This document shows, piece by piece, positions 1 to 7,100 of a stretch of DNA of 22,308 bases. Each line of letters starts with the position of its first letter. Position 1 is the first letter of the stretch. Both the position numbers and the translations under genes were made by a program. This stretch comes from an uncultured Pseudomonadales bacterium (GTDB lineage: Bacteria > Pseudomonadota > Gammaproteobacteria > Pseudomonadales > Oleiphilaceae): assembly GCA_964514485.1 (NCBI GenBank), contig CAZEWG010000037.1:1-22308 (forward strand). Reading direction: 5' to 3'. The notes under the pieces were generated by a model. It saw nothing but the letters and a program-made list of their open reading frames with translations. It was not told where the DNA came from and did not search any database.

Positions 1-1199
1 CACATGGTCTTGCCCTGGCTGTCGCTCAGCTTGGCCACAGGCTTGTCGTTGAACCGTACCAGCTTGATCACAATGTTCAGCGGCGTGGGGCCCAGGTCAT
101 TGGTGAGGTGAGTGCCAATGCCAAAGGCGGTGTTGGCCCGGCCGGCAAAGTACTCATACAGATTCAGCGCCTTGCGCATGGTCAGCCCGTCGCTGAATAC
201 CAGCGTCTTGGTCATGGGGTTGATCCGCAGGGACTCATAGTGGTGGATGATCTTGCTGCCCCATTCGTAGGGATCCCCGGAGTCGTGACGGACGCCGTCA
301 TAGAGCTTGGCGAAATAGAGGTCAAAGTCCCGGATGAAGGCATCGATCCCGATCACATCGGTCAGGGCGATGCCCAGATCGCCCCGGTACTCCTTCACCC
401 AGGCTTCGAGAGCCGCCTTCTGACTGTCGGCGAGCTGATATTGCTGAGCCTGGAAGCTTTGCAGGAATTCGTGGGCGTGGGTGCCGATGGGAATTAAGCC
501 TTCGGTCATGGCCAGGTAGACATTGCTGGTTCCCACGAAGTATTTCGGCAACAGTTGCACCAGGTTGCGTACCACTGTGGCCTGCCAGTCACGGCTGAAA
601 CGGCGGCGGGTGCCGAAATCCGAGAACTTGAAGCTGCCCACGCCACGCCCGGGAACCTTGGCAAAGTGCTCTTCTACCAGGGCCACCTTTTCATTGAGAC
701 GGCGCATGCCTTCCTCGAACACCGCGTCCGAAGCGTATTGGCGAAAGTGAAGCTCATTGATGATGGCCAACAGATAGATCTCAAACGGCATCACATGGAG
801 CATGGGGCCTTTGATGCGGATCTCCAGCTGATCGCCGGACACATCAATCTGGACGAACTCCTTCCGAAGTTTGAAAATCCGCAGAAACTCGATGTAGTCG
901 CGCTTGATGTAGCGCAGGCTCGCCAGGTAGGCCAGTTCCGACTCGGTGAACTGGAGCTGGCACAGGTGCTCAAGCTCCAGGCGCAGCTCGTCAGCCAGGG
1001 GGCGCAGGTCGATGCCCTCGTTACGGCACTTGAAGCGGTATTCGCTATCCGCGTCCGGGAACTGGTGTAAAACCACCTGCTGCATGGTGAACTTGTACAG
1101 GTCCGTGTCCGTCAGGTGGGTGATGATGGGCATCCGGCCATGCTGCTTGAAAAAGGCTTCGTTCGCGGGATGTTGTTCGACACTGGGACGGGGAAACAT
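1..1199 (-). CDS. pncB: Nicotinate phosphoribosyltransferase, 3' end truncated by the window edge
   Basis: The minus-strand translation starts MFPRPSVEQHPANEAFFKQHGRMPIITHLTDTDLYKFTMQQVVLHQFPDADSEYRFKCRNEG and ends ...FAGRANTAFGIGTHLTNDLGPTPLNIVIKLVRFNDKPVAKLSDSQGKTM. This is a PncB-family signature over about 400 aa. The ATG at 1199-1197 is preceded by an AAGGAA Shine-Dalgarno. The ORF runs off position 1, which is why it is missing from the ORF track. The plus-strand ORFs 108-497, 555-1070 and 946-1470 are antisense shadows. Confidence 0.9.
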   Translation of the reverse strand, partial: MFPRPSVEQHPANEAFFKQHGRMPIITHLTDTDLYKFTMQQVVLHQFPDADSEYRFKCRNEGIDLRPLADELRLELEHLCQLQFTESELAYLASLRYIKRDYIEFLRIFKLRKEFVQIDVSGDQLEIRIKGPMLHVMPFEIYLLAIINELHFRQYASDAVFEEGMRRLNEKVALVEEHFAKVPGRGVGSFKFSDFGTRRRFSRDWQATVVRNLVQLLPKYFVGTSNVYLAMTEGLIPIGTHAHEFLQSFQAQQYQLADSQKAALEAWVKEYRGDLGIALTDVIGIDAFIRDFDLYFAKLYDGVRHDSGDPYEWGSKIIHHYESLRINPMTKTLVFSDGLTMRKALNLYEYFAGRANTAFGIGTHLTNDLGPTPLNIVIKLVRFNDKPVAKLSDSQGKTM

Positions 1200-1215
1200 G
1201 GCAGAGTTCCTTTCC

Positions 1216-1860
1216 TTATTGGGTCAGTTCGGCTGCGGAATTGATCATGGCTACGCCGGCGTCTTTCATGGCGGCAATTGCGGCTTCCGTGGTGTCCGGT
1301 GCAATACCTCGGCAGGCCCCAAGGTTGACCACCACGTTAAAACCGGCGCGTTTCAGCTGCAGGGCGGTGGTTTTGACACAGTAGTCGGTGGCAAGCCCGC
1401 CCACGAGGACTATCTCCACTCCACGGGCCTTCAGTACTTCGATCACCCCGGTGCTGATGCGGTCTTTTAAGTCGTGATAGCAGGCACCATAGGGGTGCAT
1501 ATCCGGCTCCACGCCTTTGTAGACAGGAAAGTCATACTCCGTCTCTGCTGGCAGGCCATCCAGCAGCTCAAAGCCTTTGGTGCCGGGCACGCAGTGCAGG
1601 TTCCATCTCACATCCATGTTTTCTCCCTCCACAGGGCTCAGCATGGGCTGCTCCGGTGTGGCCAGCCACGCCGGATTGGCGGGGTGGGAGTCTTTGGAGA
1701 AGACGCGGGTACCGGCAAAGCGGGCCTGGGCATTGAGTTCAGCCACGATCAGATGACCTTCCGGTACCGGCAGCTCGTCCGGGCACAGTGGGGTGAAGCC
1801 TTTCTGGGCATCCACATCAAAGGCGGCGACTTTCGAGGGGCTCGGAAGCTGGATCATCAT
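1216..1860 (-). CDS. pncA: Nicotinamidase / pyrazinamidase (isochorismatase-like hydrolase)
   Basis: The 214-aa product starts with the VAAFDVDAQKGF motif and contains a catalytic Cys in the DYCVKTTA context, typical of PncA. Its stop lies 16 nt upstream of the pncB start, consistent with an operon. An AGGAG Shine-Dalgarno precedes the ATGATG start. Confidence 0.9.
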   Translation of the reverse strand: MMIQLPSPSKVAAFDVDAQKGFTPLCPDELPVPEGHLIVAELNAQARFAGTRVFSKDSHPANPAWLATPEQPMLSPVEGENMDVRWNLHCVPGTKGFELLDGLPAETEYDFPVYKGVEPDMHPYGACYHDLKDRISTGVIEVLKARGVEIVLVGGLATDYCVKTTALQLKRAGFNVVVNLGACRGIAPDTTEAAIAAMKDAGVAMINSAAELTQ

Positions 1861-1908
1861 CGTTCTCCTGTGTCGTTGTTCCTTATCAAGCTGCGTTGAG
1901 CTGCTCTC

Positions 1909-1972
1909 AAAGTTGCATTATACAACTAATTAAGTTGCAGTATGCGATTAATGATGTGAAAATGCAACTGCA
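1909..1972. promoter_or_regulatory. Candidate NrtR operator cluster in the divergent pncA / nrtR control region
   Basis: Three copies of the half-site AGTTGCA/TGCAACT are present. AGTTGCATTATACAACT at 1911-1927 is a 17-bp imperfect palindrome. AGTTGCA at 1933-1939 pairs with TGCAACT at 1963-1969 across an AT-rich spacer. The cluster lies 50-110 bp upstream of the pncA start. NrtR regulators are known to bind palindromes upstream of pnc genes, but I could not compare this to the exact consensus. Confidence 0.4.
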
Positions 1973-2163
1973 ATTGAGGAGGCGGCCACTTGGTGGTGGC
2001 GCAGCGCAAGGCCATCCGCAGTACCGAAGTCCGTGCGCACCTTGCTGGGACCGGACCGCAGGCGGGCACGGCCCTGGGAGCTTGGCTCCCAAGCCTGGTG
2101 GGGCCTACGCTTGCCCAGTATCTTCTGAACAACCAGATTTACCGGTAAGACATAGGAGCATTT

Positions 2164-2871
2164 GTGACTCAGCATCGACAGAACATCCTGGTCACCGTCG
2201 ATACCGCAATTTTCACGCTGCAGGACTCACAGCTACAGGTGCTGCTGGTGCAGCGGGCTACCGAGCCCTTCAAAGGGACCTGGGCATTGCCCGGCGGCGT
2301 GGTGCAGGAAGAGCAGGATAGCAGTCTGGAGCAGACGGCATTTCGCAAGCTGGCGGAAAAAACCGGCGTTGCCAGCCCCTATCTGGAGCAGGTGATGACC
2401 TTTGGCGGCCCGGAACGGGATCCCCGGGGATACAGCGTATCCGTTCTTTATATGGCGCTGTTGCGCAGCACGGAGCTGGTTCTGCAAGGGGATGACCGGG
2501 TCAGCGACATCGCCTGGGTGAGGGTGGATGGTGAACGGGTAGACCGGCCCCTGGCATTCGACCATGCCAAGCTGCTGGAGGCAGCCTGCCAGCGCTTGCG
2601 TTCCAAAGCCCAATATTCCTCTTTGATTGCCCACCTGCTGCCCGACGAATTCACCCTGTCCGAACTGCGGGAGGCCTACAGCAGCATTCTCGGGGTGTCC
2701 CTCAATGCCGCCGGTTTTCGTCGCCGGGTACTGCAAGCCGGCCTGGTGGAAGAGGTGAAGGGAGCCTTTCGCCACCATGGACGCCGTCCCGCCCAGCTTT
2801 ATCGTCTGCACCCCGAAAGCAACCAGGTGTACTTCGAAACCAACCTGATGTGGAGAGTTGGGGAGGGCTAG
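2164..2871 (+). CDS. nrtR: Nudix-related transcriptional regulator NrtR (Nudix ADP-ribose-binding domain plus C-terminal winged helix)
   Basis: The 235-aa product has an N-terminal Nudix fold (GTWALPGGVVQEEQDSSLEQTAFRKLAEKTGV) and a C-terminal wHTH-like region (FTLSELREAYSSILGVSLNAAGFRRRVLQAGLVEEV). It is divergent from pncA-pncB, which is the classic NrtR arrangement. The GTG start at 2164 follows a TAGGAG Shine-Dalgarno, and an in-frame TAA at 2146 rules out a longer N-terminus. Confidence 0.85.
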   Translation: MTQHRQNILVTVDTAIFTLQDSQLQVLLVQRATEPFKGTWALPGGVVQEEQDSSLEQTAFRKLAEKTGVASPYLEQVMTFGGPERDPRGYSVSVLYMALLRSTELVLQGDDRVSDIAWVRVDGERVDRPLAFDHAKLLEAACQRLRSKAQYSSLIAHLLPDEFTLSELREAYSSILGVSLNAAGFRRRVLQAGLVEEVKGAFRHHGRRPAQLYRLHPESNQVYFETNLMWRVGEG

Positions 2872-2890
2872 GCAGAAACTGGTTTCTGCC
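2871..2890. terminator. Perfect GC-rich hairpin between convergent nrtR and the 369-aa gene (bidirectional terminator candidate)
   Basis: GGCAGAAAC-TG-GTTTCTGCC is a 9-bp inverted repeat at 2871-2890. It overlaps the nrtR TAG stop (2869-2871) and the stop of the minus-strand gene (2890-2892). No U tract follows on either side. Confidence 0.4.
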
Positions 2891-3999
2891 TAAGCAAGTG
2901 CGAATACAGCGCCCACAGCAAGGCCTATCGCGAAGTACCAGAGATAATGTATGGAGGACGCAGGTTTCGCAGTCTCATGAGCTGTTGGTGTCATCTGATC
3001 TGGCTTTGCAGTGGCATGGGCCATTGGGGGAGTCTGATCAGGTTCTGCAGTGTCAGAGGTCACTTGTATGGCTTGATCTGACTGTACAGGGATAGAGGGT
3101 GTCTGTGCTGGTCGATCCGGCTCCGGGGTGTCGCTAGCTATCTCGGCGGAGGGGGCCTGCTCCGTGGGGGCTTCGGTTGTCAGCATATCCAGCTCTGAGC
3201 GGATGCTGTTTAGACGGGGCTCGATGCTGTCGCTAGAGGACTTTACGTCCTCTAGAAGAGATTGAATCTCCCGTGACATGAATTCAATCTCCTCTGAAAG
3301 AGGCTCCACGTCGTTCTGGAGGGGAACGATATGGGTTTGGTGCCAGGTGTCCGCCAAGTGGGCAAGCTGTGGATTGAGGGATGAGCGGGTGACCAGTTCA
3401 ACAGTATGGCTTGCACAATGTCGGGCTAGAACTGGAGAATCATATTCGTCGCCTACAACCAACCAATAGCGCTCTGGCGGCAATAGCTCATCTTGCTCGT
3501 CCAGGGCTTGTACGCGCCAGATCTGGCCCTTAATATTATCAGCGCCTGATGGCCCTCTGAGTACCTCAATGAGCTCTGGATCCCTTACTGCCACGTTCCA
3601 GATCACCAGTATCCGCTCTCCATTGGCATTGTGGGCAACGGCATTGAACGCCAATGCTGAGATAATCTCGCTGGATATGACCGCGGGTGTTCCGGCCCAA
3701 CCTATTAGGATATCTTGGCGTGCGCACTCAAGAGCAAGGGCGTATAGCGGGAGCTCGTCCATGCCGACGGGGTGCTGGGCGTCTTTCCATTCCGTCAGAA
3801 ACTCTCGCATTTCCTCAGGGTCAGAGGACATATAGCCAATGCCGGCGTTAATCTTGTGAACGAACTCCCCCAGGAAGCTGGGGCGCTCACCTGGTTGAGT
3901 TATGGTGGCGACATACATGGGCATATCCCGCCACTTTTCCAGAAAACCGACAAAGCTTGCCTTAATATCGTCTTGAAATTTTAAAAAACCGGCGGACAT
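2890..3999 (-). CDS. Hypothetical C-terminally tail-anchored membrane protein: globular N-terminal domain, short coiled coil, Pro/Thr/Gln-rich repeat linker and a single C-terminal TM helix
   Basis: The 369-aa ORF has an ATG at 3999-3997 with an AAGGAA Shine-Dalgarno 6 nt upstream. Its C-terminus SSIHYLWYFAIGLAVGAVFALA is a clear TM segment. The preceding linker is TSDTAEPDQTPPMAHATAKPDQMTPTAHETAKP. I could not assign the roughly 240-aa N-terminal domain to a family. It is the last gene of the flotillin operon direction. Confidence 0.7.
   Translation of the reverse strand: MSAGFLKFQDDIKASFVGFLEKWRDMPMYVATITQPGERPSFLGEFVHKINAGIGYMSSDPEEMREFLTEWKDAQHPVGMDELPLYALALECARQDILIGWAGTPAVISSEIISALAFNAVAHNANGERILVIWNVAVRDPELIEVLRGPSGADNIKGQIWRVQALDEQDELLPPERYWLVVGDEYDSPVLARHCASHTVELVTRSSLNPQLAHLADTWHQTHIVPLQNDVEPLSEEIEFMSREIQSLLEDVKSSSDSIEPRLNSIRSELDMLTTEAPTEQAPSAEIASDTPEPDRPAQTPSIPVQSDQAIQVTSDTAEPDQTPPMAHATAKPDQMTPTAHETAKPASSIHYLWYFAIGLAVGAVFALA
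2994..3100 (-). repeat. Imperfect 39-40 nt tandem repeat (3 copies) encoding the PDQ(T/M)xP(M/T)AH(A/E)TAK linker repeats
   Basis: TCTGATCTGGCTTTGCAGTG at 2994, TCTGATCAGGTTCTGCAGTG at 3033 and TTGATCTGACTGTACAGGGA at 3073 show a 39-40 nt periodicity inside the coding region. Confidence 0.4.
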
Positions 4000-4147
4000 G
4001 GGATTTCCTTATTCTGTTTCTCTATGCCATCCATGAGGGGATGTTCGCTTGTGGGTGATTGCAGCATCTAGCGCGGGCCCCAACAGCTCTGGGGCCTCTC
4101 ACGGAAGCAGGGTTGCTTGATACGGCTTTGGTGCTTCCAAGTTGCCT

Positions 4148-7100
4148 TTAGGAGGCGGGGTTGCCGTCTCCGCTGAAGGCGCCGCGCCGGCCATTGAGGT
4201 CAGTTCCCAAAGCACGCAGTTGCTCCATCAGCTCTCCCAGGCGCCGATAGGTGCGCACGTCAATGACCAGCTTGCCGTTCATGGCGCGGGCCAGTGGCTC
4301 GAAGCCGCTTTCCATGGTCGTGGTCAGCTTTTTAAGCATCTTGTCGAGGCCTGGAGCTGGCTGGTTAATGACTTCCACCCGGGGCTCCCGCTCCAGCAGT
4401 TGGGTGAGGCGATCCAGTAATGGCTCCATCAGTTCTTGCGGCAGCAGTGGGGGAGCCTCCTGGGACTCGGACTGGGCCCGTTCTGCCTGGGCGGCCAGGC
4501 TATTGAGCCCGGCCCGCAGGGCTTGAATCCCTTCCACGACGCCAATCAACTGGCGTACCACCCGGGCGCCTACATCCTCGTCGTCGCCCCCGGCGGACAT
4601 GCGGCGGCGGAACTCTGTCTTGATCTCTGTCCAGCGCTGTTCCTGTTCCGGTGTCATGTTGCCGCGCAGTTCGGCTAGTTTCAGCAGATTCTCCTCGGCT
4701 CCCGTGGTCAACAACTGGGCTTCGCCACGGTAGTGGTCGGCGATCAGTTGCATCAGCTCGGCCTCGGTCATCACTGAGGAGACCTTCTCCGCCATCTTGT
4801 TCATGTTGCGGTAGGAACCCTGCAGCTTGAACGGCGGCTCGGTGCGGTAGCTGTCGGCCTGGGCGCTGGAAGCGATATACTGCAGGTTGACCCTGAGGAT
4901 CACCTGCTGAATCACAAACAGCTTTTGCAGCACACTGACAATTTCCTGGCTTTCCGCCGCACTGTAGCTGTGGCTGAATTCCGTCGCGGCGACCGGCTTG
5001 CCTTGGGCCATATCCACAAAACGGTAGACGTCTTGCAGGTCACGGCTTGCCAGGGGGGCCAGCACCGGGTTGGAGGTGAGGGCGTTCTCGATGTAGCTCA
5101 GGGCAAAGGCTTCTTCGCTGCCCCCCAGTACGTCGCCGAGGTTGTACACATCGGCGCGGTTGGCGAGCATATCGGGAATGCGGAAGGTCTCGCCGGTTTC
5201 GGTGTAGGGGTTGCCGGCCATGACCACGCAGAATTTCTTGCCCCGCAGGTCATAGGTCTTGGCCTTGCCTTTCCACACACCTTCGATACGACGGGTGGCG
5301 TCACACAGGGAGATGAATTTCTGCAGAAACTCCGGATCCGTGTGCTGGATGTCATCCAGGTACAGCATCACGTTGTTGCCCATTTCCAGGGCCAGGTTGA
5401 GTTTCATCAGCTCCTGGCGTGCCGTGGAGTTACCGGCCTGGTCCGGGTCCAGGGAGCGGACTTCGTGGCCCAGGGAGGGGCAGTTGATACGCATGAACAC
5501 CAGCCCCAGGCGGTTGGCCACGTACTCCATCAGGGTGGTCTTACCGTAGCCGGGCGGTGAGATCAGCATCAGCAATCCCATGAGGTCGGAGCGCTTGTTA
5601 TCGCCCACCGTGCCCATTTGCTTGGCCAGGTTGTCGCCGATAATGGGCAGGTAGACTTCATTGATCAGCTTGTTGCGCACAAAGGTGGCAAGCGGTCGGG
5701 CCTTGAAGTCTTCCAGCCGCAGGCGTTCCCGTTCCCGCTGGAGAAACTGCAGGCGTGCGGCCTGGTAGCGCTCGAAGGCGGGAATGGTCACCGTCTGGTG
5801 GTGGGACAGGCGCTGGACAAATTCATCCAGCCGCAGCGTCAGGGTCTGGCCTTGTAGGTTGGGATGCTGCCCCAGCAGTCCGGTAATGGTCTGTTCCAGA
5901 TCCACTTCGCGAATATCCCTGGGGACCGGAATCTCCGCGGCCACCAGTGTCACGGCTTCATCCAGATAGTGCAGCCGTTCCGTCAGGCCTTCCCGTTTGA
6001 TCCAGGCGGCCAGCCAGGCAGTGGCCGTGGGCCAGGCACTATCTGCTTCACCTTCGGCGAATTTCAGGCTGTCGAGAAAGCCTTTCCACAGGCCAGCCTC
6101 CTGCAGGGAGTGGCGGAACTGTTCTGCCAGTTCGGCGGCGACATGGGTGGTCTCAAAGGCCAGGGCCTCTTTTGCCAGCTCCTCCACCAGATATTCGGCG
6201 GTCAGCGGTAAAGTCTCCGGGGCAAAGGGCAGATGGCGCTGTTCCACAAAGCTCTGCAGCCGGCTTTCCAGTTGGTTGACCAGGGCTTTGAAGGCTTCAT
6301 CGCTCCCCAGCCGCTCACGTAGCTGCACGGCGGAACGGGCCCGGTTGCGCCAGGCTTGGTTGTCCTTGTCGTGCTGTACCTGGGCCCAGTAATACACTGC
6401 CTGGGCCCGGACGGTGACCGGATAGCGCAAGGTGCCTGCTGCCCGGGCCTGGGGAATCAGCTGCTGCAGAATGAGGGCCGCGTCGTGGTCATGGATACCC
6501 CGTTCGTAGCCTTCCCGATAGCGGGGCCCGGCGTAGTCCCGTACCCGGGATACCAGGGCATCCAGGTTCTGGAGCTCTGCCAGGATCTCACTGCGCTTGG
6601 ATGCGAGTTCGCCTGCCTGTAACGCCTGCCAGAACTGATAGGCCAGGTATTCGGCCCGGTATACGCTGGTGGACTCTGAGGCCAGGGTCATGGTCCAGTA
6701 GGGCTTCAGCTCATTGAGCACCGGGTCGTCGACCACCTCGTAATAGTCGGTGCCGGTGAGGTGTTGGGCCAGGTGTTCACCCCGGGGTAGCAGCGTCAGG
6801 TCGACTTCCTGGGTGTTGACGCTGAACCGGTGGCGGGGCCCCAGCTTGATGACCTGGCCGCCTTCTTCGAAGATCTCCGCCTTATCCCGCAGGGCCCGCA
6901 CGCCCTGTTCGCGCATGGCCTTGAAGCGGGCGCTGAGGTCATCGGCCTTGACGGAGGCATCCAGCCCTTGCAGTTCTTCGATCAGCTGGCGCAGTTTGAG
7001 GATCAGCGGGTCGGAGGCGAAGAAGCTGTTAACTTCATCGGCCGTTTGGAACTTGTCCAGGCGCCGTTGCACGCTGGTGAGGATGCGGTTGGCGGCATCT

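Noticed and set aside
108-1470. Plus-strand ORFs 108-497, 523-750, 555-1070 and 946-1470 from the ORF track
   Set aside because: They lie antisense to pncB, which has a clear PncB signature on the minus strand. They are shadow ORFs typical of GC-rich DNA.
1980-2163. Possible NAD+ riboswitch in the nrtR leader
   Set aside because: Known NAD+ riboswitch classes (nadA and pnuC motifs) occur in other phyla and gene contexts. I see none of their conserved features here, so this is only a structured GC-rich leader.
1474-2321. Plus ORFs 1474-1899 and 1896-2321 and minus ORFs 1907-2175 across the pncA / nrtR control region
   Set aside because: They overlap pncA or the operator/leader region. They have Arg/Gly/Pro-rich low-complexity composition, no Shine-Dalgarno and no recognisable fold.
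2233-2811. 192-aa minus-strand ORF inside nrtR
   Set aside because: It lies antisense to a well-supported Nudix/wHTH regulator and has no RBS.
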